This document shows positions 14,690-26,201 of a stretch of DNA of 64,000 bases, piece after piece. The DNA is from Octopus vulgaris (lineage: Eukaryota). The DNA lies in contig OX597829.1 in the NCBI GenBank assembly GCA_951406725.2, positions 32,674,001 to 32,738,000 on the forward strand. The letters are read 5' to 3'. The notes under the pieces are model-generated. The model ran no database searches, had not been told where the DNA came from, and saw nothing but the letters and a program-made list of their open reading frames with translations. How positions within the stretch are numbered: position 1 is the first letter of the stretch; each line of letters starts with the position of its first letter. Made by a program: the position numbers and the translations under genes.

Positions 14690-15125
14690 GAGGCTAGAGA
14701 GAGGCAAGACGTGGTATGAGTACAAATTATAGAGAGTGGCGAAGTCGGAGACTTGCAAAATCCTCTGGGATTTCCCAATCTAAACAGATCAGTTGCTAGA
14801 GCATAACAAATCGGACCTAGTGGTGGTGGACAAGATGCACCACATATGCTATATAACTGATGTTGCATGCCTCTTTGACCCACAAATAGTCAAGAAGGAA
14901 GGTGAAAAGATTGATTAATGCAACTTTCTTAAGTACAAAATGGCTCAGCTATGGAAAATGAAGAAGGGTAAGATAGTGCCAATTATTGTTGGGTTCTTGG
15001 GAACAGTATCAGAAGGCATCAAGGTAAATATAAAGGAAATTGGAATAGATTGCCCAGTAGAACTGTTACAAAAGGTTTGCTTCCTTGGTGCGGCCACAAT
15101 AATCAGGAAAGTTTTAGATAGCTGA
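14690..15125 (+). mobile_element. R4/Dong-like RLE 3' fragment, second family
   Basis: KILWDF, SDLVVVDK, DVAC, KIVPIIVGFLG and LQKVCFLGAATIIRKVL motifs. Confidence 0.7.
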
Positions 15126-16034
15126 AAAGAATGAATAGCATGGATGCAGGTAGTAAGACCGTTACGCATGCAAGACTCCTGGAGCTCCAAGACCTGTTAT
15201 AAAGAGAAATAATAATAGTAATGATAATAATAACAACTCTTTCTACTGTAGGTAAAGGCCTGAAATTCTTTTGGCAGGGGGCTAATAATAACAATAAACA
15301 AACTAGCTAGTCAAGAAAATCTCCTTTTAGTGTTTAGGTGGTGTTAAACACTACTTGTCAGTATGACTACTACTTTCATCTTATAGAGATTTTCTCGATT
15401 AGCTGGTTTGCTTGTTGTAAGATCAGTGACTGTATGACTTGCTTTCCTATATCCTGCGAGCTGGAGTGAATTACTGCTATGTCAAGCGGACGAGTATCCA
15501 TTACCAAGGATGACCATAACAAGGTCGAGACCGTACGGTCTGATGGTCTCGAGTGCAGAGTACACTGCATAACCAGCTAGAGGAGGTGTCCTCCTGGGGG
15601 TTAAAATGACAGTATCGTCGGTTCCTAGGGAATAACCGTATTCAGGTGGCGTTAGACAATAATAACAATAACGATGATTTCGTTTATTTGCCACCAGGGC
15701 GAAGGATGAGGTGGAAAATACAAATGCAGACATAAAATGTGGGGAGGGGTTACACATAATAAAATGATAAAATAATTATTAAAAAAGTAAGTATATATAG
15801 TATACAATGAAAAGGAATTGACATATACATGGTGTACAAAAGTTTAAAGAAGAAAGGTGGGAGTGGAAGCTGATAGAGATGTAGCCCTTCTGATACAAGA
15901 TGTTCTCAAGGGATAATCGAAGAACCCCACTGTCCAAGATTTCCCTGAACACCAAGAGAAAGTGCCCTCTCCAATTCCTTTTCTCCGACTCACAGTTCCA
16001 CACTTAGAGAGGTACCATCAAATAATAATAATAA

Positions 16035-16245
16035 TACTTTCTACTAAAGGCACAAGGCTTGAAATTTTGGGGTAGGAGACTAGTCGATTACATCGACCTC
16101 AGTACTCCAGTGGTATTTATTTTATTGTCCGTGAAAGGATGAAAGGTAAAGTCGATCTCGGCGGTTTTTTTTAATTTCAGAATGTAAAGGCGGATGAAAT
16201 GCTGCTAAGCGTTTTGCTCGGGGTGCTAACGATTCTGCCAGCTCA
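16035..16245 (-). mobile_element. SINE family B
   Basis: Matches 53828-54056 and 54606-54820. Confidence 0.7.
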
Positions 16246-16663
16246 ACAACAAAAATAAAAGGGGACAGCGAATGACAAGATTGGGGAAACACAGGATGAC
16301 TGACCTGAGACAGAAGTAGAAAGAGAGTAGAAAGTAGTGTAGAAAGGGGGTCTAATTCAACAACAGGTGAAGAAATGGTTGTATTCCGCTGAGATATATC
16401 GCTAAAACACATGATCCGAATTGTGAGTGCCATTGAATTCGATTTATGTGTGTGTGTGTGTGTGTGTGTGAATTTGCATCCATGTATGTATACACACACA
16501 CAGAGGAAATGAATGAGTACGCGTTTGAGTATGTGAATGTGTTTTTTTTCTATGCCATGAAATCCCACTAAAAAAACATTTTCACTGCGCTATAAATATT
16601 AAGAAAACAACAATCCGTACTGCAAAAAAATTGGATATTTCTCTGTGTGTGTGTGTGTGTGTG

Positions 16664-16702
<39 letters not shown>

Positions 16703-16789
16703 GTATTTGTGTGAGTCTGCGCATGCGCATATGTGTGTAATACATAAAAAGATATCTATTTTTATGTATGTAAATACACATATATTCTT

Positions 16790-17165
16790 TTATTCTTTTA
16801 CTTGCTTGTCATTTGACTGCGGTCATGCTGGAGCTCCGCCTTAAAGAGTTTTAGTCGTAGAAATTGACTCCATGACTTAGTCTTTGTAAGCCTGGTACTT
16901 ATTCTATGTCTTTTTTTGCCAAACCGCTAAGTTATGCGGACATAAACACACCATCATCAGTTGTCAAGCGATTGTGTGTAGGACAAACACAAACACAATG
17001 TCACATACACATAGATATGTATACACACGTATATGACGGGCTTCTTTTAGTTTCCATCTACCAAACTCACTCACAAAGCATTGGTCGACCCCGAGGTGCC
17101 ACGGTGTGGGACTGAACCTGGAACCATGTGGTCGGAAAGCAAACTTCTTAAAACACAGCAACGCC
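16790..17165 (-). mobile_element. SINE family A with internal deletion
   Basis: Reverse-complement match to 6510-6896. Confidence 0.8.
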
Positions 17166-17186
17166 TGCGTATATATATATATATAT

Positions 17187-17223
<37 letters not shown>

Positions 17224-17327
17224 TGTATAACGGGAAGCTTTATGAAAATAAACAAAAGACGAAGGCAGGTGGAAAACAAACGAACAATTGTATTAGTATG
17301 GCGCTCAGGAAATATAAATAAAACAAG

Positions 17328-17365
17328 TCTTTAACGTTTCGAGCCTACGCTCTTCAACAGAAAGA
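17328..17365 (-). ncRNA. Minimal type I hammerhead ribozyme motif (CUGUUGA core variant) at the PLE 3' end
   Basis: Minus strand reads UCUUU CUGUUGA A GAGC-GUAG-GCUC GAAACGUU AAAGA: 5-bp stem I, 4-bp stem II, palindromic stem III. Confidence 0.75.
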
Positions 17366-17598
17366 TACACAGAGAGAGAAAAACACAGAAAGAAGGAGAG
17401 AAAAAAAATGTGTGCAGTAGCTAACGAATCAACATGGCGATCTGATTTCGGCCAGAGGTCAAAGATCAAACATGAGACGCGAGAGCGAAATAAGGGGAGA
17501 TAATAGGGTTGATAAAAGGGTTGAGGGACCAGCTAAAAGTGCGTGGGAGGGGTCTGGATGTGTGTATGTATAGGGTTGGTGTATGTATTAGTATGTCT

Positions 17599-17639
<41 letters not shown>

Positions 17640-17877
17640 AGAGAGTATTAGTGCGTAAGATTGGTCTGGACGTGCGTATGTATGGGGTTGGTGTATGTAT
17701 TAGTATGTATTAGTATGTATTAGTACGTATTGGTATGTATAGGTATGTGTGTGTGTGTGAGAGAGAGTATAAGTGCGTATGCGGGGTCTGGACGTGTGTA
17801 TGTATAGGGTTGGTGTAAGTATTAGTATGTACTAGTATGTATTAGTACGTATTAGTATGTATTAGTTGGTGTGTGTA

Positions 17878-20568
17878 TTAGTATGGCACATCATATGTGA
17901 TGTGATGTGTAAAGTCATGTGGTGTAGTGAGGAGAAGAGGGGAGGAGAAGAGGGGGAGAAGAGGGGGAAGGGAGAAGAGGGGGAGAGAGAAGGGGAGGGG
18001 GAGAAGAGGGGGAGAATGGGAGGAAGAAGAGGGGAGGAGAAGGGGGAAGAGGAGAGGATGGGGGAGAAGGAAGGGGAGGAGGGGGAGGAGGGGATGAAGG
18101 AGGAAAGAGGGAGAGGGGGAGAGAGGGAGTGAGGGAGCAGAGGGAAGGGGAAGAGGGAGGGAGAAAGAGGGAAGAAGGGAAGGGGAGTAGGGGTGAAAGG
18201 ATGAAGGACTGAAGAAGTAGGGGTCGGGGGAGAAAGGATAGGTGGGAGGAGGGGGGAGAGGGGGGTTAGATGAGGAGGGGGGAGAGTTGAGACAAAATGG
18301 CGTATAAGAGCGAAGAGAGAAGATTAATTCCTGTTCACGGCGCAAACGGGAATCCGGATGGCCTCTGTGTAAGGACAAACCGAACACAGATAGGTGTTGC
18401 AAGGAGTGACCGGTGGAGCGGAAATGGCGTGAGACCGGTGTGTCGTTCGCAAGGTGGATGTCACGAAGGTGTTCCGCGAACCGGTCAGCCAAGCGGCGTC
18501 CCGTTTGTCCGATGTACAAGGAATTGCAGAGAGAGCAAGAGATGCAATAGATAATATTGCTGGAGGTGCAGGTGAAGGAGTGGATGATGGGATAGGGTTG
18601 ATGGTGGGTGCTAGTGAGGCGGGTGGTGTTGGAGAGGTAAGGGCAAGTGCGGCAACGTGGGCGGGAGCAGGGGAACGAGCCGGGTTGGGAGGTAGGGTCA
18701 GGGAAGGAGCTATGGACCAAAAGGTCTCGAAGGTTGTGGGCTCGTTTGAAAGAGGGGAGGGGTCGGTTAGGGAAGAGGTGTGAAGTGGACGGGTCGGACT
18801 GGAGATGACGAAAAGCTCGAAGAATGGTGCGTTGGAGACGTAGGGTCGTGGGGTGGTAAGTGAGGGGAAAAGGGAGGCGGGAGACTACAGGGCGGGTTCG
18901 GGGAGAGAGAGCAGATACACGGTCCACGGACCGTGCTCTGGCAAGGGCGGTGTGGATAGTGGTGAGGGGGTATCCACGTAGGGTGAAGTGGTGAGCCATA
19001 CGTTGAGACTGAGTCTCAAAGTCATGGTCGTCACTACAGAGCCTACGTAGACGGAGGAATTGGGAATAGGGGATGGAAAGCTTGGTGTGTTCTGGGTGGG
19101 AGGAAGAGAAGTTGAGGTATGAGTGTGAGTCTGTGTGTTTGTAGTGAATGGAGGTGGTAAGAGTGGAGTGAAGAATGCTAACCGAAATGTCGAGGAAGGA
19201 GACAGAGGTGTTGGAGAGAGTGGAAGTGAAGTGGAGGGCTGGATGGAAAGATTGGACGAAAGAGAGGAAGGAATCTAGATGTTCGCGGGAGAGTGAGGTG
19301 GCACCGATAATGTCGTCAATATAACGACCATATAGTTCAGGAGTGGGACCAGTGAAATTAGAGAATTTTTGGGCCTCAACATAGCCAACGAACAGGTTCG
19401 CATAGTTGGGGCCCATTCGCGTTCCCATGGCCACTCCCGAGACCTGATGGTAGAACTCGCCCGCGAACGAGAAGCAGTTCAGAGTAAGGACAAGTTCGGC
19501 CAGACGAATGAGTGTGGAGGTGTCAGGTACAGGGTTAGAGCGGAGGTCAAGAAAGTGTCGAAGGGCCTGCAGTCCTTCGTGGTGAGGGATAACAGTATAG
19601 AGGCTTTGGATGTCCATAGTAAAAAGGATTTTGGAGGAGCCGGGAGGAAAGGAGAAAGAGTTGAAAAGCCGGAGAGCATGGTTGGTATCGTGGATGTGGG
19701 AGGGAAGAGATGCCACTAGGGGGGCAAGGACACGCTCGAGGTATTTAGAGATGAGCTCCGTGGGGCAGTTACAGGCGGAGACGATGGGGCGGCCAGGGTT
19801 GTTGGGTTTGTGGATTTTGGGGAGGAAGTAAATGGTGGGGGTACGTGGGGTTCGCACAATTAGGTTGGATGCGGTGCGGGGGAGACGGGAGGACGAGATG
19901 AGGTCTTGGACGGTAGAGGATACCGTCTGTTGGTAGCTACGTGTGGGGTTAGAGGGCAGAGGGGAATAGAAGGAGGTGTCATTGAGTTGGCGGAAAGCCT
20001 CGGCCCTATAGACGTCCGCGCGCCACACCACTACAGCTCCACCCTTGTCAGCCGGTTTGATGATAATGTCAGCGCGCCATTGGAGGGAACGAAGAGCCAA
20101 GAGCTCAGCCGGGGAGATGTTGAGGCGGCGTTGGCGCCTGGAGAAGTTGAACCGCTCCAATGCACGCTGACAAGCGCCCGCGAAAAGATCCACTGCTAGG
20201 ATCTGGCCAGGGGCAGGCGTCCACGGGGATGGTCGGCGGCCCAGGCCAGTGAAGCAGTCGTCCTCTTCGTGGGGTGTGGGTGGCGAGTCGTGGTAATGCG
20301 CACCCAACCGGACACGGCGCACAAAGCTGTGGACATCAACTCGCGTCTGGAATTCCTTACAGGATGGAGTGAGGGGGATGAAACGCAGACCCCTACCAAG
20401 GACGGAGCGTTCAGCCGCAGAGAGGGGAAGATCGGGGGGAATGGTAACAACAGACGGAAGTGGAGAAGGGGTGGGTGGAATAGAAGTAGGAGGGGTGGTA
20501 GGTCTCGTGGAGGTCTGAGGGGGAGGGAATGGGGAGGTGTGTGGGGGTGGTTGGGCGGGGCAGTAGGG
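17878..20568 (-). CDS. PLE reverse transcriptase / GIY-YIG endonuclease, main open frame
   Basis: KPADKGG, YFLPKIHK..GRPIVS, MDIQSLY, GVAMG, RYIDD, FLD, CSRPRCRTC, IIYCISC..C..YIGQTGR..R..EH. The frame is open upstream of the tracked start (LSAAERSVLGRGLRFIP) as far as a TAA at 20569-20571. Confidence 0.92.
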   Translation of the reverse strand, partial: PYCPAQPPPHTSPFPPPQTSTRPTTPPTSIPPTPSPLPSVVTIPPDLPLSAAERSVLGRGLRFIPLTPSCKEFQTRVDVHSFVRRVRLGAHYHDSPPTPHEEDDCFTGLGRRPSPWTPAPGQILAVDLFAGACQRALERFNFSRRQRRLNISPAELLALRSLQWRADIIIKPADKGGAVVVWRADVYRAEAFRQLNDTSFYSPLPSNPTRSYQQTVSSTVQDLISSSRLPRTASNLIVRTPRTPTIYFLPKIHKPNNPGRPIVSACNCPTELISKYLERVLAPLVASLPSHIHDTNHALRLFNSFSFPPGSSKILFTMDIQSLYTVIPHHEGLQALRHFLDLRSNPVPDTSTLIRLAELVLTLNCFSFAGEFYHQVSGVAMGTRMGPNYANLFVGYVEAQKFSNFTGPTPELYGRYIDDIIGATSLSREHLDSFLSFVQSFHPALHFTSTLSNTSVSFLDISVSILHSTLTTSIHYKHTDSHSYLNFSSSHPEHTKLSIPYSQFLRLRRLCSDDHDFETQSQRMAHHFTLRGYPLTTIHTALARARSVDRVSALSPRTRPVVSRLPFPLTYHPTTLRLQRTILRAFRHLQSDPSTSHLFPNRPLPSFKRAHNLRDLLVHSSFPDPTSQPGSFPCSRPRCRTCPYLSNTTRLTSTHHQPYPIIHSFTCTSSNIIYCISCSLCNSLYIGQTGRRLADRFAEHLRDIHLANDTPVSRHFRSTGHSLQHLSVFGLSLHRGHPDSRLRREQELIFSLRSYTPFCLNSPPSSSNPPLPPPPTYPFSPDPYFFSPSSFHPYSPSLLPSFSLPLPLPSAPSLPLSPSPSFLLHPLLPLLPFLLPHPLLFPLLLPSSSSHSPPLLPLPFSLPLFSLPPLLPLFSSPLLLTTPHDFTHHITYDVPY

Positions 20569-21172
20569 TTAGGTGTAGGTGGATGGAGCCTAACGGGAGG
20601 GGAGAAGGGGTTGTAGGGAGGGGCAGTGGGGTTAGGTGTGGGTGGATGGAGCCTATCGGGAGGGGAGAAGGGTGGTGGAGGAGTTGGGGTAGTGGCGTCG
20701 GGTAGGGTGGAATGGAAGAGTGATTGGAGTTTACGAAGTTTGGTATCAGAAAGAAATTGATGGAAGAGTTGATTCAAATGGATAATGAAGCGTAGCGTGT
20801 TTGGAGCATAGAGAGGCGGCAGAGAGGAGAAGAAGGTGGAGAAAGCAGGAGGAAGAAGGCGGTTGATGGCATGTAGTTTGGAGAGATTGGAGCGAATGGT
20901 GGTCCGCATAAGGCGGTAAGATGTGGTGCGGAGTATGGGTAAGATGGAAGAATCCGAGTGGAGAGCAGGGTGGAAGTGGAGGCGGAAACCTTTAGGGATG
21001 AGTCGGTGATGTAGGCAGCGGCTTAGGAAAGAGACATGGCTAGAGAAGCGGGTTTTTTAAAAAGAAGTAGAGAGAGATTAACGGATGGCTGAAGGCAATA
21101 TACAGGAAGCGAACGTAGATGATCCTTCAAACGGTGATGGAGGGTGAGGAGGTAGGACCTAGGATCCGGCAT
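20520..21172 (-). pseudogene. N-terminal part of the same PLE protein, in two shifted frames
   Basis: ATG at 21172 (MPDPRSYLL..LLFKK); shift in the A-run near 21055; then HVSFLSRCLHHRLIPKGFRL..KLRKL (typical PLE N-terminal motif); then a Pro-rich 60-bp duplication. Confidence 0.75.
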
Positions 21173-21327
21173 GATGGGATAGCGGAAAAAAAACGTTCGA
21201 AAAAACAAAAAAAAACAAAAAACAAAAATTATCGTATGAAAAAAATAGAAAAAAAGGATAGCGAAAAAAGGGGAAAAAACAAACGTTCAAAAAAAACAAA
21301 AAAATAATAATCGTATGAAAAAACTAG

Positions 21328-21490
21328 GTACGTGACTGTGTGGTTAAGCAGTTCGCTTGGCAGCTCCAAGGTTCCATGTTCAATTCCACCGTCTGACACC
21401 TTGGGCAAGTGTCTTCTACAATAGGACCTGGGCTGAACAAAGTCTTGTGAGGGAATTTGGTAGACGGAAACTATGCGAGAGGCCGGCGTA
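21328..21490 (+). mobile_element. SINE family A, 5' half
   Basis: Matches 6510-6665. Confidence 0.7.
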
Positions 21491-21493
21491 TAT

Positions 21494-21567
<74 letters not shown>

Positions 21568-21571
21568 GAGA

Positions 21572-21618
<47 letters not shown>

Positions 21619-22084
21619 TATAATCCTTTTAATGTTGGATTATTATAACGCCCACTTCGATATACAGTATACTTAGTCAAACCAGTAAAGACACGACTAT
21701 CTCTGACTGCCTTTTACGTACTCTGGTACTTCACGTACTTGTCTTTACTTATAGTGACTAGGTTATAAGTAAGTGTCTACTAAAACCCGAGCCTAGAAGC
21801 AGCCACAGATACCCTGGTAGGAAGAACCCTGAAAGAAATATGAGCGAGCTTAAATTATGTTTCGAGGCAATATGATTCGAGAAGATAGAGGTACTCTCCA
21901 AAAGCGAAACACCCGCTATAGTTCTCATGCACGACAAAGAATTCGCAATATACCCAACCTATTTCGGGAGAAGGATCTGTCGCATTAAGATAGAGTTCCA
22001 TTGGGGTTGAATATATACGTGTCACTCGCAAAGACGGTGAAACCCTTTTCGAAGTGAAGCGAACAGAGAGGAAGTTTTGCTCAG

Positions 22085-22300
22085 GATACAGAGTTAGTAG
22101 AATCGTTAGCACGCCGGACAAAATGCTTAGCGGTGTTTCTTCCGACTTTACGCTCTGTTTTCACATTCTGCCGAGGTCGACTTTGCCTTTCGCTCTTTCG
22201 CGGTCGATAAATTAAGTACCAGTGAAACACTGGGGTCGATATAATCGACTAATTCCTTTCCACTAAATTTTAAGCCTTTTGCTTTCAGTAGAAAGGTTTA
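22085..22300 (+). mobile_element. SINE family B
   Basis: gttagcacgccggacaaaatgcttagcgg..gaggtcgactttgccttt core. Confidence 0.75.
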
Positions 22301-22539
22301 TTTTACCGTAAATTTTGTTGTAGGGATTATAACTACTTTGCTATCGGCATGAAATTTATTGTCCCTGTTGAACCAGTTTTGGTGGTATACACGCACCAAC
22401 ACTTGGGCGTGGCCTGAATCGGTACATTATTGTATTGTATTATTATCATTTTTCTTTATATATGTTTTTGTATATGTATATATGTGTATGTGTTTGTGAG
22501 GGTGAGAGAGAGAGAGAGGGGGGGAGACTGTGTGTGTAG

Positions 22540-23175
22540 ATATATGTGCATAAGACAAACCCATGTACCCGACGCACGCGCCGATACTGAGAGTTTCTTC
22601 CGTCGGCCTCAACTTAAAGCTTTCTCCCACAGCAGAATCCCAGATCCCCCGAGGATGTCACCTTGTTGATCACTTTCGAGAGTACATATAAAGGATACTA
22701 CATGTATGCTAGACCAACCTATCATCATCCACTTCGATAATACCGGCCATTCCATATCATTCTCAAGGAATAGGAGAGAACATTTTTGACGAACTTGGCA
22801 CCATGTGACCGACAAGTTTAAATGAAAAGTTTTCCCTTAACTCTTACACCTCCTCTTAGTACAGTAATCCTTTTTCTTATCCTTCAACTCTCCTCTCACA
22901 CCAACTTTACCCTTCACCTCACCCTTAACTTTGCCTGCTTCCATTACACTCTCCTTCTTCCTTCTCACACAGTCCCTCCTACCGCTTCTTTTTGACGCAC
23001 GAAACTCACGTGCTCCTTCGTTCCTTATTAGTTGCAGCCATTTCCTTTAACTTAGAGGATGTAAAACTCTGTTGTCTTTATTCATTTCTCTCCTTATAAT
23101 TTTTTCCTGAAAAAGGACACTGTCCGAAACGTTGGATTTCCACTTCACGCGGCAAATTCACTGTACTCTTTTTAG
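22540..23175 (+). mobile_element. Heavily deleted Neptune-like PLE remnant with CT-rich tail and degenerate hammerhead
   Basis: DTESFFRRPQLKAF resembles DVHSFVRRVRLGAH; HFDNTGHS resembles HFRSTGHS; CTGAAAA A GGAC-ACT-GTCC GAAACGTT at 23107-23133. Confidence 0.55.
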
Positions 23176-23255
23176 CGATTATATATGTAAGTGTGTGTGT
23201 GAGAGTGTGTGTGTGTGTACATGTGTGTATATGCGTATATTTGTACATATTTATG

Positions 23256-23317
<62 letters not shown>

Positions 23318-23416
23318 CGTTTGTGCATATGCTGACTATACTTTATTATTTTGTTATGATTCATTACTAGTAATAACCGTTATGACGTTGGCGTGTGTGC
23401 GTATGAATGAATGGGT

Positions 23417-23506
<90 letters not shown>

Positions 23507-23757
23507 AGAGATGAATGTGCGCGTGCGTATGAGTGTATGTATGTAGTGTGTATATAAATTTCCTTTACACATGAAAAGTTTAGAAAATACTAAAAAGTAG
23601 AGTTTACCGGAAAACATAGGCAAACAAATAGTTTTATTAGAAACATCGGAACTTTTTCACGTGGGCTCCATTGGTTACAAAGAAGTTGGTTGATGAATCG
23701 TAATTATAAGAGATACAATAAACTGTGGAAGTTGTAAAGATAATTTAAGAACACCCT

Positions 23758-23918
23758 GTATGTATGTGTGTATGTATGTATATATGTATGTATATATGTA
23801 TGTATGTATATATGTTTGTATGTATATATGTATGTATGTATGTATGTTTGTATGTATGTATGTTTGTATGTATGTATGTATGTTTGTTTGTATGTATGTA
23901 TATATGTATGTATATATA

Positions 23919-23954
<36 letters not shown>

Positions 23955-24280
23955 TGTTTGTATGTATGTATGTATGTTTGCTTGTTTGTATGTATGTATA
24001 TATGTATGTATATATATATATATATGTATGTATGTATGTATGTTTGTATGTATGTATGTATGTTTGTATGTATGTATGTATGTTTGTTTGTATGTATGTA
24101 TATATGTATGTATATATGTATGTATGTATGTATGTTTGTATGTATGTATGTATATATGTATGTATGTATGTTTGTATGTATGTATGTATGTATGTATGTA
24201 TGTTTGTATGTATGTATGTATATATGTATGTATATATGTATGTATGTTTGCATGTATGTATGTATGTATGTATGTATATG
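23758..24280. repeat. Long compound (TATG)n microsatellite
   Basis: Seen directly; source of the MYVC and YIHT ORFs. Confidence 0.98.
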
Positions 24281-24790
24281 CGAACTTTAGGTTAATTAAT
24301 ATGTCTGTGACGTATTTCAATTTCTAAAGGCAAATTCTTTGCAGTTACTGTGGAGAAAAAAAGAAAGTGTAAAAAAAAGTGTAAAAACACCATATCGGTC
24401 CGGTGCTGCCCGCTTTCGGATTCCCAAAACGCTGCATTTTTAGCTTTTTAGCCGTTGTCAATGGAAAATACCGAAGAGAGATAACTCTGAACATATATAA
24501 AGTACATTCAATTCGGGGATGTTAGATCCACATTTAGGGATTATATAACCGCCCCCAAAAAAAGAAAAAATTCCACTGGTTAATCAGTATCAAATAACGA
24601 GAAAGTCTCTGCCATATGTTAGGGATTATTGTAGTAATACATATTATTAATATTGAAAGAAAGAAAATGGAGAAAGACAGATGTACGAATAATTTATTTG
24701 TATGATGTAAAGATGTTCGAAAGTTTAAAAAAATAACAATACAGATAAATTATGTTGTAAAGCTCAAAAACAAAATAGGAGATTCGAAGA

Positions 24791-24905
24791 AACCTACATA
24801 TATGTTTCAGTTCTAGCCCCTAGTTTATATGCAATTCTAAGAATTTGGTTATATGCTAAGAATGGTATCATTTTTAACTATATGAGGCAGAACTTCTTCA
24901 GAGTT
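24791..24905 (-). ncRNA. Type I hammerhead ribozyme motif with extended stem II
   Basis: Minus strand AACU CUGAAGA AGUUCUGCCUC..GGGGCUAGAACU GAAACAUAUAUGUA GGUU. Confidence 0.7.
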
Positions 24906-25435
24906 ATCATGAGCTTATAGAACAATGGTTAACATTTTTCCTAGAAGGATACAGAATAGTATTAACTTTAAAAAGTGAGATCTTATTTATAATGTAAGTG
25001 TATCTAGGTGGTGAGTTATAAATATTAGTGAAGATGCCTTATAGTAAAAAAATAAAGTAAATAAAAATAAACAGCAAAAATTAAAATAACCTAAAATAAT
25101 AAGGGTAAAGAAATAAGATAAGAAGAATAAAAATAAAATCAATAATAAATAGAAATATATATATAATATACATAGTATAAAATTTAAATAAAAGAGAAAG
25201 AAAATATATATAGTATAAAATTTTAATTAAAAGCAAAAGAAAAATATGATACCTAAATATGAATTATTTTTATTTACTTTATTTTCTACTATATGGCATC
25301 TTCACTAATATCTATAACTCACCACTTAGATACACTTACGTTATAAATAAGATCTCACTTCTTAAAGTTATTAATTACTATTCTACATGCATCCTTCTAA
25401 GAAAAATGTTAAACTTCGTTCTATAAGCTCATAAC

Positions 25436-25549
25436 AACCCTGAAGAAGTTCTGCCCCGTATAGTTAAAATGATACTATTCTGAGCATATAACCAAATGCT
25501 TAGAATTGCATAACAACTAGGGGCTAGAACTGAAACATATATGTAGGTT
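25436..25549 (+). ncRNA. Type I hammerhead ribozyme motif with extended stem II
   Basis: AACC CUGAAGA AGUUCUGCCCC..GGGGCUAGAACU GAAACAUAUAUGUA GGUU; intact core, palindromic stem III, GUA triplet ending at 25545. Confidence 0.78.
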
Positions 25550-25759
25550 TCTTCGAATCTCCTGTTTTGTTTTTGAGCTTTACAACATATAATTTATTTG
25601 TATCGTTATTTTTTTAAAATTCAACATCTTTATATCATATAAATAGATTATTCGTACATCCATCTTATATATATTTTGAATGGCGGTGCCCCAGCATGGC
25701 CACAGCTCATGAGCTGAAACTAGATAAAATATAAAAATATAAATAAAATATATATATAC

Positions 25760-26025
25760 TCTTTACTCTTTTACTTGTTTCAGACACACCAGCATCGGTT
25801 GTCAAGCGATGTTGGGGGTACAAACGCAGACACACAAACATATACACACACATACATATACATATATATACGACGGGCTTCTTTCAGTTTCCGTCTACCA
25901 AATCCATTCACAAGGCTTTGGACGGCCCGAGGCTATAGTAGAAGACACTTGCCCAAAGTGCCACGCAGTGGGACTGAACCCGGAACTATGTGGTTCGTAA
26001 GTAAGCTACTGACCATACAGCCACT

Positions 26026-26026
<1 letters not shown>
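25760..26026 (-). mobile_element. SINE family A, internally deleted
   Basis: Reverse-complement match to 6510-6740. Confidence 0.8.
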
Positions 26027-26095
<69 letters not shown>

Positions 26096-26155
26096 ATAAT
26101 ATATGCCTGCACATATGTATGTATATATTAAAAGAAATAAAATGGAGAAAGATAT

Positions 26156-26201
<46 letters not shown>

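Larger units (their letters stand above)
17226..21325 (-). mobile_element. Penelope-like element, Neptune type, near full length
   Basis: RT, Cys linker and GIY-YIG coding region; pyrimidine-rich tail; three ~120-bp tandem units at 17550-17880; 3' hammerhead motif. Outer boundaries approximate. Confidence 0.92.
24650..25666. repeat. Long imperfect inverted repeat (~400-bp arms, ~190-bp AT-rich spacer), probable inverted pLTR pair
   Basis: 24673-25070 is the reverse complement of 25264-25666 with scattered mismatches; each arm carries a hammerhead motif. Confidence 0.9.

Noticed and set aside
18297-20616. Plus-strand ORFs overlapping the PLE
   Set aside because: Antisense shadows of a GC-rich coding region with no recognisable motifs
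23735-23760. tacagggtgttc (minus strand) as a Tc1/mariner end
   Set aside because: No partner TIR or transposase sequence found nearby
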